Positions 1 through 11,336 of a DNA stretch of 64,000 nt are shown here, one piece after another. Both the position numbers and the translations under genes were made by a program. The notes beneath the pieces are model-generated. The model was not told the DNA's origin and ran no database searches. It was given only the letters and a program-made list of their open reading frames with translations. Numbering within the stretch: position 1 is the first letter of the stretch; each line of letters opens with the position of its first letter. The stretch is from an uncultured Gammaproteobacteria bacterium (GTDB lineage Bacteria; Patescibacteriota; Patescibacteriia; UBA10025; JAHIVO01), in assembly GCA_964592105.1 (NCBI GenBank), contig CAZQBL010000007.1:58013-122012 (forward strand), written 5' to 3'.

Positions 1-240
1 AATGCGCTCTGTCGGTCAGTCCAATGGAGCTGCATATTCACCAACCGTCGTATTCGTATTCGTGACCAGCAACACATTAACATCTTGATTGTAAGATTAA
101 GTGATGTTGACAATATTCTGATTACTTGACTGAAGGTTGTTTATGGCTGGCTTAGTATTGTTTTGAATATCGCAACCAGTCAGAAAAATAGCACAAATTA
201 TTATACTTATAAAAAACCAAACTTTATTCATTGATTTCAT
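1..240 (-). pseudogene. Lipoprotein, probably M23-peptidase-like, broken by two in-frame stops; runs off the window edge
   Basis: Signal peptide with lipobox (FLTG-C). The frame continues past TAA (97-99) as SYNQDVNVLLVTNTNTTVGEYAAPLD*PTERI, with TGA at 16-18. PLDxPTERI resembles the start of CPR M23 lipoprotein domains (recollection). Confidence 0.5.
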
Positions 241-537
241 TGTACCTTTTGACTGAATAAAAATCCACCCCCTTGTACAGTTAGCACCATAAGGTGACAA
301 AATTAACTAATAACCTTTTTGTACCCCTACGCACACACCGGCTAAGGCTGATGGTTTTTCTTGTAATAAAAAAGGGGGGGGCAGGGAAGATTTTTCAAAT
401 GCTAATCTTGTTCTAATCTACGGTTAGCAATTTGGTCATTGCTTTAACAAAATTATCTACATACTATATGCCTTAAAAACAACACTAAATAATTCTGCCA
501 ATTTTTTCATAATTCATTATAAATTATGAATTACTAA

Positions 538-3500
538 CTAGCCCCGCCACCTATCCTCGCATATTTCCCTAAAATCACAACTCTGACACCAGAATCCCGG
601 CGTGGCTTTGAAATCGCTGGACCGGATATTTTTAATCGTGGTCAAAAGGCGTTCTTTGATTTCATTCAAATCATCTTCAGCCTCAAAAGACAATTTTTTA
701 TTGGCTTCCAAATAATAATAACTCAAAATCACCGGCTTCAAACCCAGTACTTCCCGTGCAGCAAGATTGTAAATTTGTAACTGCTCCTTATCGCCGGCTT
801 CCAGCTTGCCGCCTTTGGGCAGTTGGCCGGTTTTGTAATCGATAATTTCCACCTCATCTTTTTTGCCGCCCAGCGAATCGATACGGTCAATAACGCCTTT
901 GAATGGGAACTGCTCTAATTTAATCACGAACTCCCGCTCAAGAAACATGGGAACCGGAAAATGACCGTTGTGTGACTCGTAAAAAGTTTTTAGTATCTTC
1001 TTACCGTTGTCAAAATATTCCTCCATGTGCTCACGCGAAATATACCAGTCGTCTAACCACTCTGCTTTATAAATCTCCAGGAGTTCATCCAAGCTGGGAA
1101 CTGGTATTTTTTTCGTTTTGGCCGGCTGACCGAATAAATCAGTCTGCTGCTTAGCGCCACCATCTTGAACGCGTTTAAAAAATTGGTACAGCGTATTGTG
1201 CATTGATTTGCCGAAGCTGAAGGTATATCGGCCCTCAATTGGCACCCGCAGAATATGCGCGAACTTAAACTGTTTTGGACATGTTTCAAAAGCCTTTATC
1301 TGGGTGAAGCTCGCTCGCTTCGGTACACCTTTTTGCAGATACGAGACATTCTTATCGCTTTTGGGTGCAGGCTCCGGTGGGCGCAAGTGCTCGGTGGGAT
1401 CCAATTCCTCTGTACCTTCCTTGCGCACAAACCCGAGCTCTACTAAAAACCGCGATGGTTTCTTTTTCCTCATACCGCCATAATCATCGGCCGAAGTGAA
1501 AAACAAGCCGGACTTGGCCCGGGTCATGCCTACGTAGAAAAGCCGCCGCTCTTCCTGGAGATGAACGTCTCCTTCAGGAATAATTTCCTTGATCAGTGCC
1601 TCGGGCAACTCAATCGGATCGCGGCGTTCAATCGCGGGTACACGCTTATCCACTAAGTTCACTAAAAAAACATAAGAAAACTCCAAACCTTTAGCTCCGT
1701 GTATTGTCATTATTTTGACAGCTTCCGGACCTTCTTCCCAGGGCTGTGACATACTGCCTTCATCCCCGGCTTCGATGGTTTCATTTAATGCCGCTAAGAA
1801 ATTATGGACTGATTTATCATCTGTACCTGATTCAAACTCCTCTATTTTTCGAAAAAACTGCTTAAGATGTGCGATCTTTTCCAGGTTTTCCGGATTGTCG
1901 GCTTTGGTCAAATGTTTCAGGTAACCGGAGTCTTCCATAAAGCGCAGGGCAACGGGCAGGACGGATTTGGTCTTGGCTAGTTGGCTGTGGTTATGAATGA
2001 GCTTCAAAATTTTATCAATCTCTCCATTCATTTTTTCTGAAATGCCTTGAATTGTCCGGGCTTTCAACAATGTTTCGTATAACGAAATCCTTTTTCGGCT
2101 GGCATAATTGGACAAAATCATCAGTTCCTGCTCCGGCAGATTCCACTGCGGTAAATTCAACACCCGCCACATAGCCGCACTTTCGTGGTAATTATCCATC
2201 ATTTTTAAATACGCCAGGACATCCATGATCTCCGGCTGGACATATAATCCGGCTGAAGCGAAAAACTGATACGGTAGATCATAGCGCCTCAAAGCGCTCA
2301 TGAAATCATTAGCATAAGCATTTGCCCTGACCAGAATGGCAAAATCGCTCCACAATAATTTATTATTTTGCTTTTTGAGTTCGATAATTTTCTTAACCAC
2401 GCCGCTTGCCTCCTCGATGTGCGAGCGGAAATGCAGATGCTGAATCAAACCCTCCTCTTTTTTATTTGATTTAAGTTTTTTGCTAACTTTATTTTTTAAC
2501 GGCGCGCCTTTGGGGTCCACTGTGCCTTTTGACAGTTGATACTCCAGACGGTTTGGATCGTTTTGTTTTATAAAGGCATAAGACAAATCAAGAATATTTT
2601 GGGCATTGCGGTAATTATCGATCAATACGACCTCCTGCGAATCAGGGAAATCTTTCTTGAATTCCAGAATATTAGAGATGGCGGCCCCGCGAAACTTATA
2701 AATCGATTGATCGTCATCTCCGACCACGGTTAAATTATTCTGTGGAGCCGCTAATAATTTAATCAGTTCATATTGGGCATAATTCGTATCCTGGAATTCA
2801 TCAACTAAAATATATTGGAATTGCTGGTGGTATTTTTCCAGAATCTGCGGCCGCGTTTTAAACAATTTTAGGGTATACAAAATCAAATCGCCAAAGTCCA
2901 AGGCACAATTATCCAGCAATAACTGCTGATAGGTATGATAAGCATTGGCCACCTCCATGATCCGCTTGTCTTCGGAAATCTCGTCATCATTATAACTTTT
3001 TTTCTTGATGAATTTGTCGTCATCACGATCCAGTTGCAATTTCTTGGCGTAGGACAAATAATCGTAGGGGAGCACATTTTCATCTTTGGCTCGGGAAAAA
3101 TGCTTGACCAACGCTTGGACGAACTTGGTTGGGTTACCCAAAGGACGGTAATAATCCAGCTCAAAACTGTCCAGATGCTGCTGGACCAGCATGACCTGCG
3201 CTGTCTGATTTAACAGCTTAAAATCCGGAGCCAAACCGATGGCCAAAGCATTGTCTTTCAAAACCCGCTCACAAAAAGCGTGAAAAGTTGAAATCCACAA
3301 ATCGACATAACCATAAGGCAATAGTACATCAACGCGTTCTTCCATTTCCCCGGCCGCTTTGTCGGTAAAAGTCAAGGCCAAAATATTATCCGTGCCGATT
3401 TTTTTATCGATGATCAACCAGGCGATGCGCTGAGTAATTACTGTGGTTTTACCGGTACCAGCACCAGCCACGATTAAAAGCGGCCCTTCACCAAACTGAA

Positions 3501-3543
3501 CGGCTTTTTTTTGGGCTGGATTAAGATTATCCGCGATTCTCAT
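538..3543 (-). CDS. UvrD/PcrA-family SF1 helicase fused to a C-terminal PD-(D/E)XK nuclease with a four-Cys Fe-S staple (AdnAB/AddA-like)
   Basis: AGAGTGKT, VDEFQD, VGDDDQSIYKFRGA, TIHGAKGLEF, EERRLFYVGMTRA; nuclease GVIDRID...IIDYKTG; Cys in ETCPK and WCQSCDFREIC. Confidence 0.92.
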   Translation of the reverse strand: MRIADNLNPAQKKAVQFGEGPLLIVAGAGTGKTTVITQRIAWLIIDKKIGTDNILALTFTDKAAGEMEERVDVLLPYGYVDLWISTFHAFCERVLKDNALAIGLAPDFKLLNQTAQVMLVQQHLDSFELDYYRPLGNPTKFVQALVKHFSRAKDENVLPYDYLSYAKKLQLDRDDDKFIKKKSYNDDEISEDKRIMEVANAYHTYQQLLLDNCALDFGDLILYTLKLFKTRPQILEKYHQQFQYILVDEFQDTNYAQYELIKLLAAPQNNLTVVGDDDQSIYKFRGAAISNILEFKKDFPDSQEVVLIDNYRNAQNILDLSYAFIKQNDPNRLEYQLSKGTVDPKGAPLKNKVSKKLKSNKKEEGLIQHLHFRSHIEEASGVVKKIIELKKQNNKLLWSDFAILVRANAYANDFMSALRRYDLPYQFFASAGLYVQPEIMDVLAYLKMMDNYHESAAMWRVLNLPQWNLPEQELMILSNYASRKRISLYETLLKARTIQGISEKMNGEIDKILKLIHNHSQLAKTKSVLPVALRFMEDSGYLKHLTKADNPENLEKIAHLKQFFRKIEEFESGTDDKSVHNFLAALNETIEAGDEGSMSQPWEEGPEAVKIMTIHGAKGLEFSYVFLVNLVDKRVPAIERRDPIELPEALIKEIIPEGDVHLQEERRLFYVGMTRAKSGLFFTSADDYGGMRKKKPSRFLVELGFVRKEGTEELDPTEHLRPPEPAPKSDKNVSYLQKGVPKRASFTQIKAFETCPKQFKFAHILRVPIEGRYTFSFGKSMHNTLYQFFKRVQDGGAKQQTDLFGQPAKTKKIPVPSLDELLEIYKAEWLDDWYISREHMEEYFDNGKKILKTFYESHNGHFPVPMFLEREFVIKLEQFPFKGVIDRIDSLGGKKDEVEIIDYKTGQLPKGGKLEAGDKEQLQIYNLAAREVLGLKPVILSYYYLEANKKLSFEAEDDLNEIKERLLTTIKNIRSSDFKATPGFWCQSCDFREICEDRWRG

Positions 3544-3573
3544 AAATATATAGTATCACACATTAACCCAAAG

Positions 3574-3610
3574 AAAAAAGCACTAAAAACAAACTGTTTT
3601 AAGTGCTTTA
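3574..3610 (-). terminator. Probable intrinsic terminator
   Basis: aaagcactaaaaac...gttttaagtgcttt inverted repeat with an A tract, downstream of the 3639 ORF. Confidence 0.55.
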
Positions 3611-3638
3611 TTTGAACTTTTTGCCATTTGACCAAGTA

Positions 3639-3941
3639 TCATTTCCTTGCAGATTCCCGCGACATTATCCGCTTGAGCCGTATTAACGGGACAGCAGTTG
3701 CGAGCAGATACAAAACAACAAGCGCACGCCATTTTACATCAGGTAGTGGTATCTTGACGATCATCCAGTCAACTATCATGATAAGGCAACCCACACTGCA
3801 TAGAATGAATACCCCCCAGACCAATAGTCGAATCCAGCGCAAAACATAAAAAGCCAACAACTCAACAACTGGTGTTAGCCAACCAATGATCAGTAACATT
3901 CCACTCAATGCGCACATTATCAGAAAAATGATAATTGTCAT
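3639..3941 (-). CDS. Small three-TM membrane protein, unknown function
   Basis: Hydrophobic ORF; AAGGAGG SD precedes the ATG at 3941 (MTIIIF), so the start is shortened relative to the ORF track. Confidence 0.6.
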   Translation of the reverse strand: MTIIIFLIMCALSGMLLIIGWLTPVVELLAFYVLRWIRLLVWGVFILCSVGCLIMIVDWMIVKIPLPDVKWRALVVLYLLATAVPLIRLKRIMSRESARK

Positions 3942-4063
3942 GACATCCTCCTTGATTGCCAATGAACTTTTATTACAGAATTCTATCATAAACCATGCGC
4001 CGGTAAAAAACCGCCACACAAATTATGGCAACAACTTTACTATACAAAACATCAGGCAAACAA

Positions 4064-4475
4064 CTACACCCGAGTGGCAAACTTGACCTGATCACCCTCT
4101 ATCCAATACGCCTCAATCTCGTCGACATCGACCTTATTGCGTTTCACGACCTCTCGGGCCAACATCACGCACTCCCGGGGCACGATTAGAAAAAAACTGG
4201 CGTGCCATCGCTGGAATTTTTTCCACTCCTTGGCATTGCGGTCATTAATGGTATCGGCGGTTTCCACTTCTTCGATGATCACGGTCTGACCGAACTCTCC
4301 GTCCGGTTTCCAGACCACCAGATCGGGAAATATTCCATTGCCAATATTGTGGTTTTGGTGCCCGTCCGGATTGGTACTAACCAAATAGCCATTTTTTTCC
4401 AACTCTCATACGTCAAAGCCGAGGCCATAATGACCTGGTCATGTTCTTCCTGGGTATATGGTACCGAATAGCCAT
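4064..4475 (-). pseudogene. PD-(D/E)XK-fold small protein with a frameshifted 5' part
   Basis: C-terminal ORF 4064-4402 has FPDLVVW...IIEEVET. Upstream YTQEEHDQVIMASALTYE lies in another frame and the ATG (MAIR) in a third. Confidence 0.5.
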
Positions 4476-4571
4476 AACACCATATAAAATAAGGAAATTA
4501 GTCGGTTGGCTAATCTGTTTATCCACAGGACTGTATAGGTTCACTATAGCGCGTTAAAATATTTACGCAAG

Positions 4572-4598
4572 AAAAAAGGGTTGACCATGGGTCAACCC
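4572..4598 (-). terminator. Intrinsic terminator
   Basis: gggttgacc-atg-ggtcaaccc perfect 9-bp stem plus U6 on the minus strand. Confidence 0.75.
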
Positions 4599-4605
4599 GT
4601 AAAAA

Positions 4606-5100
4606 CTATAATAATGAAAGGCATTTATTCTTGATAACATAGGTGCGGCACCGTTTGTTATCATTTTTTTCGGGTGTCCAATCAACGTGAAAAAGTGGAA
4701 GGATAATTTCTTCTGGTAACTCAAGTAGTTGGGTCAGGTATGCATCGGCGGACAGTGTGTCAAAGATGACTTCTTGTGGCGAACGCCCTAACTCATATGC
4801 CATGCCACATGGATAATGGGAAAAAAGCGTAATCGCCTTTCCTTTACCTTTTTCCCATCCAAACTTGATACTGGCGATGAGTGACCTGCCGTCACGCTCG
4901 TGGAGTGGATGTTCTGGAGCGATAAGCTGAGCACCACCGTTTAAACTGGTCAGGTGTAGACGTGAAGTAAACTGCGCAATGTGGTTGAAGATGTCCTGAC
5001 TGTAATTTCCATCCGGACATATGGTCCCAATTAAACCATTGCTGGCTAATTCCCGCAACCGCGTCAATTTAATTTTTTGTAAACCGCCTTCAATTAGCAA
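4606..5100 (-). CDS. Divergent beta-carbonic-anhydrase-like protein
   Basis: CxD (ICPDG) and HxxC (SHYPCG) zinc-ligand pattern; the frame stays open upstream to an SD at 5146-5153. Confidence 0.55.
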   Translation of the reverse strand: MLIEGGLQKIKLTRLRELASNGLIGTICPDGNYSQDIFNHIAQFTSRLHLTSLNGGAQLIAPEHPLHERDGRSLIASIKFGWEKGKGKAITLFSHYPCGMAYELGRSPQEVIFDTLSADAYLTQLLELPEEIILPLFHVDWTPEKNDNKRCRTYVIKNKCLSLL

Positions 5101-5277
5101 TCTTTCTAAAAATTCCAGATCCTCTTTTTTGTAAGGAACGATAATCCCTCCTTGGTGTAAAATTTTCAGCGACTGTTTTTTATTTCATTATCTTACGATA
5201 TCACACTATAGCGTAATATACACAAAAAGTCAAGGTCTCTAAATATATACCTGCAAAATCAGCGAACCTTCGCTCAT

Positions 5278-5706
5278 TTATATAATTACTTCAAAATCGA
5301 TGCTGTTTTTGCCATCTTTTTCCTCAATTCGGGCTAATATATTTTTTATCTGTAATGTCGGAAATTTTTGGAAAATTATTTTTTTAGCCGCGGTCATATC
5401 AGCTATTTGCCTTTCACGTTCTGTTTGCATGGATGCAAATGCTTGGTGCCCGCCATAAGCACCGCAATCCATATGGTGAATAATTATCACTTCAGAGATG
5501 GCGTGCAACCGCTGTGAAATATCTATCTGTTTTAAAATCATTTCAGCACTGACTATGTCTTTTTCTACCAGCCCTTTCGTGACGCCCGCTAGACTGACCA
5601 AATCATATTGGTCTTTCAGTCCCTGCGAGACTAAAAAATCACGGATAGCCGAATGAAACCGAAAATCCATGCAGTTTATTACTAACGCTTTACACTTGTG
5701 TGACAT
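5278..5706 (-). CDS. Beta-class carbonic anhydrase-like protein
   Basis: NCMDFR, SLAG and HHMDCGAYGG motifs; starts 8 nt after the atpC stop. Confidence 0.8.
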   Translation of the reverse strand: MSHKCKALVINCMDFRFHSAIRDFLVSQGLKDQYDLVSLAGVTKGLVEKDIVSAEMILKQIDISQRLHAISEVIIIHHMDCGAYGGHQAFASMQTERERQIADMTAAKKIIFQKFPTLQIKNILARIEEKDGKNSIDFEVII

Positions 5707-5714
5707 AGGAATAT

Positions 5715-6152
5715 TTATTTGATTGAGTTAAGGCGCGGTTCACGACGGCGTCGGCGAGCGACTTTCAGTCGAGCCAATTCTTTTTCAATCTTGGCCGAAA
5801 TAGCCGCAAACTCTACAGAATCGGTACGTTTATCCTCCAACAATTTTTTGGCCTTTTGACGAGCCTCTTCGGCGCGACGTTCGTCAATCTCCTCTTCCCG
5901 CTCAGCAGTATCGGCCAAGACCACCACTTTATCGGGCCGGACCTGAATAAATCCGCCGGAAACCGCCATGTAAATAATTTCGCTCCCCTTTTTAATCCGA
6001 ATCTCACCCGGAACCAATACGGACACCAATGGAATGTGATGCGGCAAAATACCAATTTCCCCGTTTAAAGTCGGTAAAATTATTTCATGCACTTCGTCAG
6101 AAAAGACGACGCGTTCGGGAGTGGTAATCTCGAATTTTATTTTGTTGGCCAT
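5715..6152 (-). CDS. atpC: ATP synthase epsilon subunit
   Basis: EITTPER, GEIGILPHH, AVSGGF; operon position. Confidence 0.97.
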   Translation of the reverse strand: MANKIKFEITTPERVVFSDEVHEIILPTLNGEIGILPHHIPLVSVLVPGEIRIKKGSEIIYMAVSGGFIQVRPDKVVVLADTAEREEEIDERRAEEARQKAKKLLEDKRTDSVEFAAISAKIEKELARLKVARRRRREPRLNSIK

Positions 6153-6210
6153 AATAATATCTAAGATTATTGAGCAGATATCGCCTACTATCGCTTATCG
6201 TCCTTTTTTC

Positions 6211-6303
6211 TGTTATCACGTATCCGCGACTTGGGGGAAAAAGCGATACTTAATCAAGATTGCTTCATCGGCCTCGCTTTATTCAGCTTCCTTATCAATG
6301 ACA
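6211..6303. repeat. Degenerate REP-like palindrome (GTCATTGCGAG...GAAGCAATCT type)
   Basis: Left arm tgttatcacg...aaagcgatact; right arm agattgcttcatcg...ccttatcaatgaca. Confidence 0.55.
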
Positions 6304-6326
6304 TATGTTTAAACAAGACAGCCAGG

Positions 6327-7727
<1,401 letters not shown>

Positions 7728-7812
7728 TTAGAATTGATAATTTATAATTTTGGCTAAAAATATTAGTGATGATAATTCGCAACCATTCGCAAATATTGAC
7801 GCGTATTCGTGT

Positions 7813-8724
7813 CTAACTGATCGCCGCTCTGCCTGCACTGATATCCGCCAATTCCGCCGTAATTGCCTGCTGCCGAGCTTGATTAAAACTCAAAGTCAGA
7901 TCTTCAATCATATCGGAAGCGGAGTCCGAAGCATTGCGCATAGCCATCATCCGGGCAGAATGTTCTGAAGCATTTGATTCCAGCAAGGCCTGAAAAATCT
8001 GCAACTCGATCAAACGATATAACATCTGGTCCAGTACCGCGTCCGGTGACGGCTCAAAAATATATTCAAAGTTTTCTGTTTCACGGGGTTCGGGATATTG
8101 ATCAATGGCAAACCCCAGTTCATCGTCCTGGCGATCCAAGGGCAGTAATTTTTTGACACGGGGTTTCTGGGAAATGGCCGAATAATAATCAGTATAGGCA
8201 ATGGATACTTTGTCATATATGCCTGACAGATATTGATCAATAACCATCTTAGCCAGCGGCGTCACCTCACTGATTCGCTCAGCCGTATCCAGCTTATCGA
8301 ACTCGGCCACGATATCATGGCCGTGCTTAAACATGACTTCCTTACCACGCTTACCCATCAGAAATATCTCGGCCTCAACATCGACATTCTCTTCCTTATG
8401 TCGGCGCATATAGGCCGCCACCGAATCGATGATTTCCCGGTTAAAGCCACCGCACAAACCGCGGTTAGACGCGATCAAAATCAAACCGACTCTTGAAACC
8501 TTTTTCTGCCGGCGCTGCAACAGCGGATGGTAGGCTGGATCGGTCCGGGCTGATAAATCCCTAACAATATCCCAGGCGGCAGTAGCATAAGCTCGAGTAG
8601 CCAAAACAGCCTTAACCGCCTTGCGCATTTTTGAGGCAGCCACCAGTTCCATCGCTTTGGTGATCTTCCGCGTATTGATTATGGACTTGATACGTCTTTT
8701 TATTTCCCTATTCGCTGCCGGCAT
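7813..8724 (-). CDS. atpG: ATP synthase gamma subunit
   Basis: ITKAMELVAASK, RGLCGGFN, SEHSARMMAM, RQQAITAEL. Confidence 0.99.
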   Translation of the reverse strand: MPAANREIKRRIKSIINTRKITKAMELVAASKMRKAVKAVLATRAYATAAWDIVRDLSARTDPAYHPLLQRRQKKVSRVGLILIASNRGLCGGFNREIIDSVAAYMRRHKEENVDVEAEIFLMGKRGKEVMFKHGHDIVAEFDKLDTAERISEVTPLAKMVIDQYLSGIYDKVSIAYTDYYSAISQKPRVKKLLPLDRQDDELGFAIDQYPEPRETENFEYIFEPSPDAVLDQMLYRLIELQIFQALLESNASEHSARMMAMRNASDSASDMIEDLTLSFNQARQQAITAELADISAGRAAIS

Positions 8725-8758
8725 AATTTAATTACTGTTTACTAATAACGGCGGCTTA

Positions 8759-10270
8759 TTACTGATTACTAAACTTAGTCTTTTTAAACTCGGTGATGGC
8801 ACTTTTTAACTTTTCTTCAAGTGCAGAACTTAAATCTTTTTGCTCTAAAATTGCTTTCAAGACAGCCGCTTGATTCAGTTTCATGAATGCGTGGAATTCT
8901 GTTTCAAACTCTTTGATGCGTTCCACAGGGACATCGTCGAGAAAACCATTCACAGCGGCATACAAAATTGCTACTTGGTTTTCCACCGGCATCGGCTCAA
9001 ATTGTCCCTGTTTCAAAATTTCCGTCAATCGTTTGCCGCGCTCTAATTGCTTTCGGGTGGATTCATCAAGATCAGAACCGAATTGGGCAAAAGCGGCTAA
9101 CTCACGATATTGCGCCAAATCAAGACGCAATTTTCCGGCTACTTTTTTCATGGCTTTAGTCTGGGCCGCGGAACCGACACGGGACACAGACAAACCAACG
9201 TTCAAAGCGGGGCGAATACCCTGATAAAACAGATCTGATTCCAGATAAATTTGTCCGTCAGTGATAGAAATAACGTTCGTCGGGATGTATGCAGAGATGT
9301 CACCAGCTTGCGTTTCGATAATCGGCAAAGCAGTCAGTGATCCGCCACCATAATCTTCATTTAATTTTGCGGCGCGTTCCAATAATCTTGAGTGTAAATA
9401 AAAGACATCTCCCGGATATGCTTCTCTACCCGGCGGTCGGTGCAAGAGCAATGAGATTTCACGATAAGCCCAGGCATGTTTGGAAAGATCGTCATAAACA
9501 GCTAAAACATCTTTGCCTTGGTCCATAAAATATTCACCCATGGCACAACCAGAGTATGGGGCAATATATGAAAGTGAAGCCGGATCAGAGGCGCCAGCCA
9601 CCACGATAATCGTATGATCCATGGCTCCATGTTTTTCGAATTCCGCCACGATCTTGGCAATCTTGGATTCTTTCTGGCCAATAGCCACGTAAATACAAAT
9701 ACAATTTTTGCCTTTTTGATTGATAATGGTATCAAGGACTAGAGCGGTCTTGCCGGTCTGGCGGTCGCCGATAATCAATTCGCGCTGACCGCGGCCGATG
9801 GGAATCATTGAGTCAATGGCCTTGATGCCGGTTTGCAGCGGCGTAGTAACTGATTGGCGGGTGATGACGCGCGGGGCGATCTTCTCTACCGGATAAAACT
9901 TCTTCGTTTTGATCACACCTTTACCGTCAAGCGCTTCACCTAAAGGATTAACCACCCGGCCGATGAGTTCATCACCGACTGGCACTTCCAAAATTCGCCC
10001 GGTACTTTTGACCGTATCGCCTTCCCTAATGCCCTGGTAATCGCCCAAAATAATAGCACCAACGGAATCTTCATCCAAATTCAAAGCTACTCCATATTTT
10101 CCGCCGGGGAATTCAAGCATTTCCGAAGCCACGGCATCAGACAATCCAGAAATTCTGGCAATACCGTCACCGATCTCTTCAACCGTGCCGACTTTATCTT
10201 TTGACACCGCAGTTTTGAATTCAGTAATTTGTTTTTTTAATTCTTCGATAATGTAATCTCGATGTGACAT
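8759..10270 (-). CDS. atpA: ATP synthase alpha subunit
   Basis: [27 protein letters not shown]. Confidence 0.99.
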   Translation of the reverse strand: MSHRDYIIEELKKQITEFKTAVSKDKVGTVEEIGDGIARISGLSDAVASEMLEFPGGKYGVALNLDEDSVGAIILGDYQGIREGDTVKSTGRILEVPVGDELIGRVVNPLGEALDGKGVIKTKKFYPVEKIAPRVITRQSVTTPLQTGIKAIDSMIPIGRGQRELIIGDRQTGKTALVLDTIINQKGKNCICIYVAIGQKESKIAKIVAEFEKHGAMDHTIIVVAGASDPASLSYIAPYSGCAMGEYFMDQGKDVLAVYDDLSKHAWAYREISLLLHRPPGREAYPGDVFYLHSRLLERAAKLNEDYGGGSLTALPIIETQAGDISAYIPTNVISITDGQIYLESDLFYQGIRPALNVGLSVSRVGSAAQTKAMKKVAGKLRLDLAQYRELAAFAQFGSDLDESTRKQLERGKRLTEILKQGQFEPMPVENQVAILYAAVNGFLDDVPVERIKEFETEFHAFMKLNQAAVLKAILEQKDLSSALEEKLKSAITEFKKTKFSNQ

Positions 10271-10322
10271 AAGAATTAAGAATATTGTTAATAATTTTAG
10301 AGCATCGAATAATTCTGTGATC

Positions 10323-10387
10323 TCACCCTGAACGGAGTGAAGGGTCCTGACAGATAGTTATGAGAGCCTTCGCTTTACTCAGGACGA
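10323..10387. repeat. REP-like palindrome (GTCATCCTGAGCGNAGCGAAGGATCT type)
   Basis: tcaccctgaacggagtgaagggtcct / agagccttcgctttactcaggacga imperfect inverted repeat with a 14-nt loop. Confidence 0.7.
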
Positions 10388-10418
10388 AAGCATTTCATCA
10401 TTATTCAACACTCTCAAT

Positions 10419-10820
10419 TTATGAACGCAATGCTTTGGCTAATAATTCGATGCGTTTTTTGATGCTACCATCAACAATAACATCGTCGTACTTCAGAATC
10501 AATCCACCAAGCAGGCTGGGATCAATTTCTTCATGTACTGTAATGTCACGATCCAATGTTTTTTTCAGCTGACTGACCACCATTTCTTTCAAACTAGCCG
10601 GCAGTTTCTGTGCCGAGCACAGCGTCACTTCTGCCTGCTTCTCCATGGTATTGGCATAAACCTCAAACGCCTTGATGATTTTATCCACTTTTTTCATATC
10701 TTGATTCCGAATTAGCAAGGCAATAAAAGACTTGATCAACGCCGGAATTTTATCTTTTTCAACGGTGTAGAGTAGCTGATATAAACTAATGGCGTATTTT
10801 TTGGGAGTAATCGAACGCAT
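10419..10820 (-). CDS. atpH: ATP synthase delta subunit (short form)
   Basis: KKYAISL, IDPSLLGGLILKYDDVIVDGSI. Confidence 0.93.
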   Translation of the reverse strand: MRSITPKKYAISLYQLLYTVEKDKIPALIKSFIALLIRNQDMKKVDKIIKAFEVYANTMEKQAEVTLCSAQKLPASLKEMVVSQLKKTLDRDITVHEEIDPSLLGGLILKYDDVIVDGSIKKRIELLAKALRS

Positions 10821-10825
10821 GGATA

Positions 10826-11323
10826 TTATTTTGCCTGATTAATCGTTTCTTCTATTAATTTTTTATTGGCTGACTCGTCCAAATGTTTACCGATAATTTT
10901 CGAGCTGGCGAACACAACCAGATCGGCCACATCGCGTTTGGCTTCCTGAACCATCTTTTCTTTTTCCAATTGCATATCGGCTCTAGTCTTGGCGGCTATT
11001 TTTTCCATTTCTGTTCTGGTTTCGCGCAGTTTTTCCTCTTTCAGATTTTCCGATTCTTTGTATGCTTTTTCCATGATGATCTGAGCTTCTTTTTGCGCTT
11101 CAATTATCATTGCTTGCTTGGTTTTTTCCGCGTTATTTAATTTCTGCTCAATTTCTTTGGCATCTTTCAAACTTTTTTCAATATACTCGGTTCGCTTGTT
11201 CATCATCTTCATCAGTGGTTTTAAAGCAAAATACCACAATACTCCAGCCACAATGGCAAAATTAACCAATTGGGCGGCTAATAATTTCCAATCGATATGA
11301 AATGTTTTGACTAATTCATCCAT
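10826..11323 (-). CDS. atpF: ATP synthase b subunit
   Basis: N-terminal TM (QLVNFAIV...KPL) followed by a coiled coil. Confidence 0.96.
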   Translation of the reverse strand: MDELVKTFHIDWKLLAAQLVNFAIVAGVLWYFALKPLMKMMNKRTEYIEKSLKDAKEIEQKLNNAEKTKQAMIIEAQKEAQIIMEKAYKESENLKEEKLRETRTEMEKIAAKTRADMQLEKEKMVQEAKRDVADLVVFASSKIIGKHLDESANKKLIEETINQAK

Positions 11324-11336
11324 AAAAATATAAATT

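Noticed and set aside
262-395. Degenerate ccccctt...aagggggggcaggg palindrome
   Set aside because: It resembles a REP-like relic but is too degraded to define arms.
2495-2530. GC-rich patch in the helicase (KGTVDPKGAP) as a coding palindrome
   Set aside because: Pairing is too short to distinguish from chance.
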